From Octopus bimaculoides (Eukaryota), in NCBI RefSeq assembly GCF_001194135.2, contig NC_068983.1, positions 60,576,386 through 60,640,385 on the forward strand: a stretch of DNA of 64,000 nt. The letters run 5' to 3'. The notes under the pieces are model-generated. The model did no database searches and had not been told where the DNA came from. It worked only from the letters and a program-made list of their open reading frames with translations. This document shows positions 39,701 to 51,600 of this stretch, piece by piece. The translations under genes were made by a program, and so were the position numbers. How positions within the stretch are numbered: position 1 is the first letter of the stretch; each line of letters begins with the position of its first letter.

Positions 39701-41971
39701 TGCAACTCTGACTTCAAATATGTTTGAATATAAAATCAAAGAAGAAAAGATCAGTTTTTCTAGAATTAGGATTAAGCTTACAATATAGAAGATCACTTTG
39801 AAAAGTGATGACTATGAACAAATTACATTGATGTATGTTTGGTTTTCTTTTTTAAAGCAAATGATTCTATTGTCCCACACAACTAAAGACTAAATGTCAT
39901 AGAATTCTAGCCTGAAATATTCCCCAATGAAATCTCACACGAAACAGAAAAAAGATTAATTACTGAAGGAGTTAAATTCATACTACAAAATAATTTTTCA
40001 ACTTCAATATCAGCATTTATAAATAAATACCTAGGGCTGTAATGAGAATAAATGTTGCCCCAACATACACCAATTTAATCAAAGCATACCTAGAAGTCTA
40101 AATAATTTTGCTTTAATTTTATTGCAAATGCTAAACAATTCATCTCCAGCTGTAATTTATTTATAAAATATACTGTAACCTTACAAATATAGTATATTAG
40201 GAAATAAAACCACAACTCTTCCTTCACTGTAAACATTCATGTGATTGTAATTGCTGTAGGCTTTGCAAATGTTGCTCGGAAGTTAATTATTGTCTTCAAA
40301 CATGAAAATATTGTGCAACATAAAACAAAAATTAGTAAAATACTTTTCATATGACTTCCTAAATCCTAATACATACCTTGAAATTCTCAAATATCTTTGC
40401 AAAAACATGGTAGTTAACATCAAAGTGGCCAATATCTAACTGTTCTTGTACATACCTGAAAATAAAATAGAGAGTCAACAAAATGTGTGTGTGTACCCAA
40501 AATTATTGACAACCAATAAAAGTAACAAATGAAATACATTTTTTTAATGAACTATACAATAAGATTAAATGTTTAAGATAGGTTGTTAAGATTATCATTT
40601 CCTGACTATCAATTTCATATCTGAAGTGCATATTGACAATGCTTAGAGAATGTGCCAGGCAACTGTGGAGAAAACAAAACAAGAAACAATACTTCTAGAA
40701 AAATGGCAAATGTTCAACTAGAAAAACATGAAAGAAACACACCCACTCAACACAAGTGTCCCCATCCCCAGGAGTGATTAAATGCTAGGATCAGGTACCT
40801 GCCATCCACATCACTCACTATGACAATCCCCACTAAGCCCTTAACACTGTGCGCCTCTTCCAATGATGATAGCAACTGGGTTGCCTCACCTGTTGAAAGT
40901 CACATGATTGTGTAAAATTTTCAACCAGCAACATTGAGCTGTGAGTGCCATGTGGATTATAGTCTTGCTGGAACATGCTTGCTCACCAACCACCCACCTA
41001 TTTGATGCAGAGTTTGACCACCAATGTTATGCAGATAGTAGCAGTGATCCTGTGAGAAGTGAGGTCACAACCCCCAGGATCATCAGATATGATGGAAATA
41101 TGGTGTGCATCACCTTCTTGGGATCCTTATTTATGAGCCTCATCAACCCATTCAAAGCAGGGTTCCAAACAACCATAATGGTGAAATGTATGTAGGAACA
41201 AATAATATAAACTTGTGTCTACCATAGTTTATGCATATATAATGATTTTGCTTAGTCATAAGGATACTAATAACCTGTTGTTAGAACTGAGGGAGTTCCA
41301 GCAACTCAAAATCCAAAAATTCAATGTTTTCAATGTTGTAAGCAGCCATATGTGGCTATGCATTGTTGGGTAACAATAACACTTGCTTTGACAACTGACC
41401 TCAGTGTTTGGTGCTGGTTTCAGCTTGTTGGCCAGCATTTCAGAGTCATTGCTCATCATCAGTCTGGAGCAGCATGGCCTGCTAGCTGTCAATGCCTATC
41501 TGCCTTTGAAAACATATTTCAAGTGAAATACATTCACTAGGGCTAAATAACAGCAGCATTCTTCCCTTTCATGGGACTGTCCCATTAAGTTGACAACATA
41601 CTATCACTTTATCATGCTGCTACTGCATAAATCTCTCTCAGAGAGATTTAGAAATATATTATTTCTATAAACTAAAATTAATTCAACTGAAAATCCAAGA
41701 TTGAATGAAATCTATACTTACTCTATTTCCACACTTCGATCATTTTCATCATCTTTAGCAGGTTTTTTCTTTAAGTCATTTGCATCTTGCATGAATTCTG
41801 GATGTTTCTTCTTATTCTTCTTTTTCTTCTTCTTCTTTCTTGTCCTGTTCTTTAATATGTAAAAAAAAAAGTATATAGAAAAAATGAGATTTTCAAGTAT
41901 TAAACATGAAAAAAGCAATTCAAATCCATGTTAATGTAAATAAAGAAATAAAAATTACAATAGACACATAT

Positions 41972-42012
<41 letters not shown>

Positions 42013-42697
42013 TATGAACACACACCCCATCATATCTACCTACCTACCTACCTAATTGCTGTTGCTGTCATCATCATCATCACTTAACATCTGTATTCCA
42101 TACCAATATGGGCAGCAGGATGGTTCAACAGGAACTGGCAAGTCAGAAGACTGCACCAAGCTCTACTGTCTGTTTTTGCATGATTTGTATAGCTGGATGC
42201 CCTTCCTAATGCCAACCACTTTACAGAGTGTACTGGCTGCCTTTTACATGGTGCCAGCAGCAATGAAGTCACTAAGTAACTTGCAAGATGTGACCCTTCA
42301 ACTGATGGGAATAGTGCTGAGGGACAGAAAAGGTGTCTTGCATTAAAAGGGAAATATGGCTTTGTCTGTCTGTCTGTCTATATATATATATATATTCTTT
42401 TATTTGCTTCAGTCATTTGACTGCAGCCATGCTGGAACACTGTCTTTAGTCGAACAAATCGACCCCAGGACTTATTCTTTGTAAGCCTAATACTTATTCT
42501 ATCAGTCTCTTTGGCTGAACTGCTAAGTAATGGGGACATAAACACACCAGCATTAGTTAAGCAATAGNNNNNNNNNNNNNNNNNNNNNNNNNNNNNNNNN
42601 NNNNNNNNNNNNNNNNNNNNNNNNNNNNNNNNNNNNNNNNNNNNNNNNNNNNNNNNNNNNNNNNNNNNNNNNNNNNNNNNNNNNNNNNNNNNNNNNN

Positions 42698-42729
<32 letters not shown>

Positions 42730-45583
42730 TTGCAAGTTCCCAATTAGAAATCGCATATTGAAACAGATATTGTTGTACTTCAGGATGGTCCTTTTATTTA
42801 TTTATTTTTTTTGCCAAATAAACGCACACACATATTTTTTTTCTTTGCTCATTTATTACTGTTATTTTATCATTTTAACACCTGGCCATTGAATGGACTA
42901 AGTGGAGCAAGAACACACACGGAAACGAAGAGTGTTGCTGAAGAGGTCGCAGATGTGTGACGAAAGATAAAGATGAGAGGAGTGATGAGGTACCAGCCTT
43001 AGCTGTAAGGTACAACTCTACTTTCAGAACATCTTCCTGACCATTTGAGAATATACATTTCCCAGTGCTTGTTATTCCTAAGCATGTGCCACATGCAAAA
43101 CCTGTTTTCTGTTTTCATCTGCCTCCTTGCATTTTTTAATTATTTATTAAGCTGCATATGACTATTTTGGATTATATATATGCACCATTCAAGCATGGCT
43201 GACGCCAGTGTCACCTGACTGGCACCCATGCCAGTGGCATGTAAAAAGCACCATTCAAGTGTGACCAATGCCAACGCCACCTGACTGGCACCCATGCTGG
43301 TGGCACATACAAAGCACCATTCGAGCATGGCTGATGCCAGTACCGCCTGACTGGCTCCTGTGCCAGTGGCACGTAAAAAGCACCCACTACACTCTCAGAG
43401 TGGTTGGCATTAGGAAGGGCATCCAGCTATAGAAACTTTGCTAAATCAGACTGGAGTCTGGTGCAGCCTCCTGGCTTGCCAGTCCTCAGTCAAACTGTCC
43501 AACTTATGCCAGCATGGAAAGTGGATGTTAAACAATGATGATGATGACAATCTACACAAAATCTACCATGTGCAATACTCAATCAAGCATTAGCTGTAGA
43601 TTTCGACATATATTGTCAAATATAAGTTTAGAAGCATAGGACTAACCTCTTTTGCCTTTTCTTGACTTTTCATATCGTCATCTTCCTCATCAGCATCATT
43701 TAGAGTTGCACTTGTAATAGATATACTTGTAACTTCCTCATCATCCTCATCGTCAGCATCAGCTATTCTGACTTGATTTTCTGGTGCTTCTGAAAATAAA
43801 GATGTTCCAAAGATATCAGAAACTATTTTTCATTAATCACTTAAGCTTTGATCATGAGATATGTTGTAGCACGTTTTATTTTGCCCTAATAATAAGATAA
43901 ATCACAAAAGAATCCTGTTTTTTAACAGGTTATGTGGAAGGAATCTGGGTTAGAGGGAGACCCAGGAAGACATGGGATGAGGTGGTGAAGCATGACCTTT
44001 GAACGTTGGGCCTCACAGAGGCAATGACAAAAGACCGACACTTCTGGAGGTATGCTGTGACTGAGAGGACCCGGCAAATAAAGTGAGTTCACAGCTGTAA
44101 CCTACACCAGTGTTACATAACCAGCCCACTCAAAAGTACCTTGGATCGTAGGGCGACATGCCATGGTTGAGGAGACCTATTGAGTCAAGAACATCAACAT
44201 CAAATCAAATGGAAATTGTAGTTGTGACCCCCGTGCCAGTAACACGCAAAAAGCACCATCTGAACGTGGCCGATGCCAGTGCCGCTTTGACTGGCTTCCG
44301 TGCTGGTGGCATGTAAATATATCCACTACACTCTTGGAGTGGTTGGCATTAGGAAGGGCATCCAGCTGTAGAAACACTTCCAGATCAGATTGGGGCCTGG
44401 TGCAGCCTCCTGGCTTCCCAGACCCCAGTCAAACTATCCAACCCATGCCAGCATGGAAAACAGACGTTAAACGATGATGATGATGATGATGCATTTAGTT
44501 GCCAACGCAATCTCTTATATTAACAAATCAAAAAGAATATTACAATTATTATTAGCAACTTTTGACACAGAAAGGTGGCAATAAACATTTCTATCAGAGA
44601 ATTATTGATATCCAACTTCCAATTAAAAGATATGAAATCGATCAATAGACAAACAGATTTCATCTAAAATCTAATGTTGTAATAATAAACTTAATGGCTT
44701 TCCTGCACATATTACTGGTACACTGAACTGTGATGATAGTATTGAAAACATTCAAAGGTCTTACCAGTTTTATCTATATCTTCTGATACTGCACCTATTT
44801 CCTGAGCACGCACATCCATAAAAGCGAGAATCTTTTCTAAAGCCTGGGGCAATTTTATTTCTTTCTGCTGTCGTTCAGAAGTCTGTCAATATAAAAGGAA
44901 AGAAAGCAAAAAAAAAATAGTAAGAGATTCTTGTATACAATATAGAAGTTCAGAATTTGTTTATTTGTGAGTGTATTCCTTAAGTTTTGTGAAAACACTC
45001 CATTACACACCCCGCAAAAGTATTTTAATCTTTCTTGCATAAAATCCTTCCAGTACAATTCTGGGCTCTGGAACCCAGAAGAGAGAAAAATTCTGTACTT
45101 TATTTTATCAACAGAGAAAAGAAATTTACAACCTTAGATGAAATAAGACAACAGAAAACAAAAAAAGCTTGCATACACACAGACATATATATGAAAAATA
45201 CACAAATACACTTCTAACAGTGAAAGTCCATACACATCCATAAAAAGCACAACACAAAGATACATTCACAGGAAGTGTGCATGATTGTGTTGAGCGAGAT
45301 CGTGCCATTGCTGCTGGACTGGCTCCTGTGCAGGTGGCACGTAAAATACACCATTTTGAACGTGGCCATTGCCAGTACCTCCTGACTGGCCTTCATGCCG
45401 GTGGCACGTAAAAGCACCCACTACACTCTCTGAGTGGTTGGCATTAGGAAGGGCATCCAGCTGTAGAAACTCTGCCAAATCAGATTGGAGCCTGGTGCAG
45501 CCATCTGGTTCGCCAGTCCTCAGTCAAATCGTCCAACCCATGCTAGCATGGAAAGCGGACATTAAACGATGACGATGATGATG

Positions 45584-45615
<32 letters not shown>

Positions 45616-48600
45616 GCAATGCACTCTGGCATTGCCAGGGTGTTATCACCTACAGCCACATTGTATTATTTGTTCCTTTCTTATGCGCAGAATCGGCACA
45701 TGAGGAGTATGAAGCAAACAACTCTTTTTTATAAACATGTTTTTCAGTCATTTTCTGATGAACAACACTGCAGTTGCTGTCTACCCAATTCAGTCACAAG
45801 ATTCAGTTTGAATCCATAAGGAACACACATACACACACACACAAACTCTGTTTTATATATTAAGATATATACATATAATATTTATCCCTATTTAAAAATG
45901 GATGTATTAGAACACAGAATACTGTGATAATTACCATAACAGAACTTCTCACATGGACTTTTGGTGCATAGAAGCACTCTTGTTATATCACTAGCAGGAG
46001 ATAAACCAACTGCCATTGCTACCAGAGAACCAGATTGCATGATTTTGGCCTTGTCAATGGTAGAAGCTCAACAGCTGGAAATAGCAGCAACCCAATCAGT
46101 TACAGGTGTCGCAAATAGCCAGTGGGCTTATTAAAAAATAATTGATAGCAACAAAAGCAGTATTAATACTAAGATGTAATGTTTATCCCCACTTAAAAAT
46201 AGATGCTGTGTTAGAAGACAGAATAATGGAATAGTTACCAAGAGAGAACAGTTATTTCATTTCAATATTTGTTTATTAATAGGCATATTTCTATTGCGCA
46301 GGACTGAGATCAGATCTGCAGCTCCATTCCAATAATATTTTGTGTAGTAATATATTTAAGTTATGAGACCCAAATGACACATGGCTCTAATTGAATCGTT
46401 GGTATATGTTGTGCGTGAGAGGGAGAGTGTTCATCATCATCATTTAACGCCCGTTGTCCATGCTGGCATGGATTGGACGGTTTGACTTGGCTGGCACGCT
46501 GGAAAGTTGCACCAGGCTCCAGTCTGATTTGACATGGTTTTCTATGGCTGGATGCCCTTTCTAACACCAACCACACCGAGAGAGTAATGGGTGCTTTTTA
46601 CGTGCCACTGGTACAGGTGCCATTTGCATGACACCAGTATCTGTCACGACTGCAATTCTGCTCGGCTTGATGGGTCTTCTTCTCAAGTACGACATAATGC
46701 CAAAGGTCTTGGTCATTGCTTCCGTGAGGCCCGACAGTAGAAAGGAACTCGGCCACTTTGCTCCCATGGGGCCCAACACTCAAAAAGAACTCAGCCACTT
46801 GCCTCCGTGAAGCCCAACACTCAAAAGGAACTCAACCACTTGCCTCTGTGAGGCCCAACACTCAAAAGGAACTCAGCCACTTGCCTCCCTGAGGCCCAAC
46901 ATTCAAAAGGAACTTGAAAGTGGAAATTTCAGACTTACCTGAGATTTTGAATCTATTGCTGTCGTAGTNNNNNNNNNNNNNNNNNNNNNNNNNNNNNNNN
47001 NNNNNNNNNNNNNNNNNNNNNNNNNNNNNNNNNNNNNNNNNNNNNNNNNNNNNNNNNNNNNNNNNNNNNNNNNNNNNNNNNNNNNNNNNNNNNNNNNNNN
47101 NNNNNNNNNNNNNNNNNNNNNNNNNNNNNNNNNNNNNNNNNNNNNNNNNNNNNNNNNNNNNNNNNNNNNNNNNNNNNNNNNNNNNNNNNNNNNNNNNNNN
47201 NNNNNNNNNNNNNNNNNNNNNNNNNNNNNNNNNNNNNNNNNNNNNNNNNNNNNNNNNNNNNNNNNNNNNNNNNNNNNNNNNNNNNNNNNNNNNNNNNNNN
47301 NNNNNNNNNNNNNNNNNNNNNNNNNNNNNNNNNNNNNNGGGGAGGAATACTCTGAAGAGAAGGGGGAGGAGGTGGTGGTGGTGCCATGCTCTGTGGAGGA
47401 CCTGGTGGCTGCAATCCTGACGTTGGTGGTGGTGGTGGAGGCGGTGGCGGAGGTGGACCACTAGCCTGGGTCACAAACTGTGGAGGGGGGAGCTGATTAT
47501 CTGAACTTTGAGGGGGTGGTGGGGGTGGAATAGGCATCATTTGAGCTGCAAGAGACAAAATCAGGTATTTTATTAGTTATTATAGTAATATATTAACATT
47601 TACATGTATTAATATTTAAAATAATAATTTCTTATGCATTGGTGCCACATGAAAAGCACTCCTGCCAGTGCCAGGTATAAAGCACCCATGCTAGTGTGAC
47701 ATGTAAGGCACTTGTGCCATTGCAATACATAAAGCACTTGTGCTGGTGCCGTGTATAGAGTACCTGTGCAGGTGTCGCGTTATTTTATCTTTTAAATGAT
47801 ATCAATTCAAAGACATGAACAACTAAATCAAAACAGCAAAACATTGAATTAATGAAGAGATGGTCACCTGATTGCATTTGGTGATGCATAAACTTTTGTT
47901 GTTCTTCTTTCTGTGCAGCCTCTTGTTGTTGTTGCATGATAGCCAGTTGTTGTTGGCGCATCATCTCTGCTTCATCTGCCTGGTGCTGATCTAGAATCAT
48001 CTGTTGGGAAACAAAATGAAAAAAAAGAAAAAAAAACCATTAACAAAGCAAATAAATTTCTCACCAGAGACTAACATGAACACACTGTGAAGTGGTTTAA
48101 CCCTTTCGATACCAACCCGGCTGAAACCACCTCTGGATCTGTAGTGCAAATGTCTTGTTTTCAAAAGTTCTGAATTAAAATCTTCCACCAAGCCTTAATC
48201 ACAATTTATGCTCTTAACACTAGCTTAATGATAACGAAGTTATTTTACTAAATTCTTTGTTATATTTAAAATTAATTGAAAGAATCACAGAGCATCTCAA
48301 CAGAAATATGGTAACAAAAGGGTTAATGGATATATAAGACACCACATGAAGCAACACTTGAATATAAATAGAACACAAAAATATACTAGAAGTGCAAGTA
48401 TTCAAATTTAAACCAATAGCATGATACATTAATGTACTCATATCCAATTTTAAATATTATCATAAATCTCTTTAGTACCACCTTGATAATGCTTGTCCAT
48501 GAGGGGCCCTGTCCTGTCGACCTTCTCTCCCAACCCACATTTCATTCCCTAATATCCAAACAGCACTGGTGCTAGTGTCATATAAGAGCACTGAGTACAT

Positions 48601-51600
48601 TCTGTAAAGTGGTTGGCATTAGGAAGGGTATTATCAAGCCATAGAAACCATGCCGAAGCAAACAAGTAGAGCCTGGTGTGGCTCCTGGCTTTTGCCAGCT
48701 CCTGCCAAACTGTCCAACCTGTGCCAGCATGGAAAACAGACAGCAAATGATGATTTCTAGCTTCTCACTTCAAAGGGAAACTTCATTCTTTAATTTCTTT
48801 CTATTTGCTTTTTTGCTTCTGAGTCTCCTTGCCACTCCCTATCAAACCAGACCAAGGTCTACATTCCTCACTTGCAAAAGTTTCAGTATTTACAATTATC
48901 TACCATTCTCATTTTGTGTTAAGTAAAAAGTCCATCTTTCAATAATCCTTAATAGTCTTCATCTCTCTTCACATTTTGTACTCATTCATAACTTCTGTAT
49001 TTCTATTAATATTCCCATTCTGGTGTCTCCCACATGACCATTGCAGACACCAACCACAACACATATAACTGCCATCAATTCTTAAAGGTTTCATAAAACC
49101 AATTCTTTTGACTTTTACACTTCCTACTAAGAATAAAGCACAAAATAGAGATGCTGATATCAAACTTAAGCAGAGCAGAGGTGCCTTTCTTGTGGAGGTT
49201 TATGGATCATGGGATGAAGAATTCTCATAGTTACCCTTTGTTGTTTTATTAGCATCTGTTGCTGTTTTTCAGCCTCTAATAATTGCTGCTGCTGTTGAAC
49301 TTTCTCCATCAATTGAAGGTATTCTCCTCCAGCAGCAGAAGCAGCAGGTGATGCATTTGGGCCAGAGGGTGGAGGCGGTGGAGGTTGTGGTAATGGTGGT
49401 TGTGGTGGTGCTTGCTGGGACATGACAGCTGCTACAGCTGCTGCTGCTGCTGCAGCTTGCTGCTGATGCTGTTGAAGGGCCAACATCTGTTGCTGGAGAA
49501 CAACTTTTTGTTGAAGTTCTTCGTCCATTTCAGAAGGACCAGCCTGAAGAAAAAAAAAAGAAAAGAAAAGAAAATGTCATGAAATTAATGATTAGAAATA
49601 AAAATACTAATTGCTAATACAGACATTTTGTTATTTTAAAATAATAGAAATGCTTAACAAGCTGGGAAATATTTCATCTGAAAACAAATGTTGAAACAAA
49701 AATGTATTAATTATTGTTATTCATTTGTTTATATTTGGTTACAGGTTCCAGTCTTTTGTCACCTTGACATCTTCCACTTTTGGTTTCCAGCATAAATTCT
49801 TGCATTCTTTCACCTGTTTTATTCCTTCAACTGCAGTTATGGTAGGGCACTGCTATTAATAGTTTCAACTGCTACATTGATCTTCTCCATCACTCTTCCC
49901 GCTACAGCACAACTCCTGCATATTTCTCACTCTCTACCCTTACCATTCACACTCCCTGGAACCAATTCCATTTTTTTTCCACAAACTCTCAGTATCATCC
50001 CTTACTTCCTTAATTTCTCCTATCCTTCCGCTATACAACCTTCATTTTGCAAATGGTTCCCTTCCCCTTATTACCTCTCCCTTCCTCCCTCCCACCTCAT
50101 GTACCTGACTTCACTCCTAACAATTTGCACCTCTTTCATGTATCACCCCACCCCACACCATCTCTGCAGCCACCTCCAACAAATATTCATAAATGACCAC
50201 ACCCCCACCCACTCTATTTCCCTCTATCCATCTTCTACTTGCCTCTCACACTCCCACAAACTTGCTCACCCACCCATACCACTTCCCTTTCATTCACCTT
50301 CTCGCAACTTGAAGATATGCTCAGATACATCTTCACCCCCCATTCTCTTTTCTCTTCTAGCTGGGGTAGGCAAGTATCTCCCCTACATCAAGACACTTGT
50401 TCCTCTCCCTCTATTATTTGTTATATTTAAAATTAATTGAAAGAAACACAGAGCATCTCAACAGAAATACAGTCACGAAAGGGTTAAAGGTAAAGAAAAA
50501 AAGACTCATTGGATAATGCAGACATACTTCTAAGTAGCTATGTTATGGCTAGAATAACTTTAATCATAGATCTGCTCAATCACAGATGATCTGGGGCTAA
50601 ACAAGGAATCAGGTTTTATAAATGGCACATACAGAAGTAGTAAAAATAAATTCAAGAGGAAAATCTCAGATAAACAAATGGAGAATAGACTTCATATTGT
50701 AAATACCGAATTTCATGATCCACATAAAAATTAGACAAAGCTAAGATAAATTGATATTTTTTAAACATATTTATTCCAGTGTTGAAAACACGCATGTGGG
50801 CAGACATGGAAAAGAAAACATGTAACAAAATTGTTAGAATGGGAGGAGTGACATGAGCTACAAAAGCTATAAATTTGAAACCTTAAATGTTAACATTGTA
50901 TTCACTAGTCTGAGTGGCTGTGTGGTAAGTAGCTTGCCTACCAACCACATGGTTCTGGGTTCAGTCCCACTGCATGGCACCTTGGGCAAGTGTCTTCTAC
51001 TATAGCCTCGGGCCAACCTTGTGAGTGGATTTGGTAGACAGAAACTGAAAGAAGCCAGTCATATATGTGTGTGTGTGTGTGTGTGTGTATGTTTGTGTTT
51101 GTCCCCCCCCAACATCGCTTGACAACGATGTTGGTGTGTTTATGTCCCCATAACTTAGTGGTTCGGCAAAAGAGACTGATAGAATAAGTACTAGGCTTCC
51201 AAAGAATAAGTCCTAGGGTCAATTTGCTCAACTAAAGGCGGTGCTCCAGCATAGCCGCAGTCAAATGACTGAAACAAGTAAAAGAGTAAAGAGTAGTCTG
51301 TAGCAACAGCTATAAATTTAACTCAGAGAAGTTAAGTTTCTTCATTGTCCCAAAAATCACCTTGGTAATGCTTGTCCATGAGGAGTGCTGGTACCACATA
51401 CAAAAGCACTGGTGATGGTGTTATGTTAAAAGCATTGGTAATGGTGCCACATAAAAAGCACTGGTGACAATACCCAGTAAATAACACCCAGTACACTCTG
51501 TAAAGTGGTTGGCATTAGGAGGGGCATCCATGCCAAAACAGACAATGGAGCTTGGTGCAGCTGTCAAACCGTCCAGCCCATGCCTGCATGGAAAATGAAC

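Noticed and set aside
49877-50440. 187-aa plus-strand ORF
   Set aside because: Arises from C/T-rich low-complexity sequence that lacks stops; no splice or domain support.
50911-50975. tRNA-like A and B boxes here and in other SINE heads
   Set aside because: They continue into SINE bodies and do not form a complete cloverleaf, so they are not tRNA genes.
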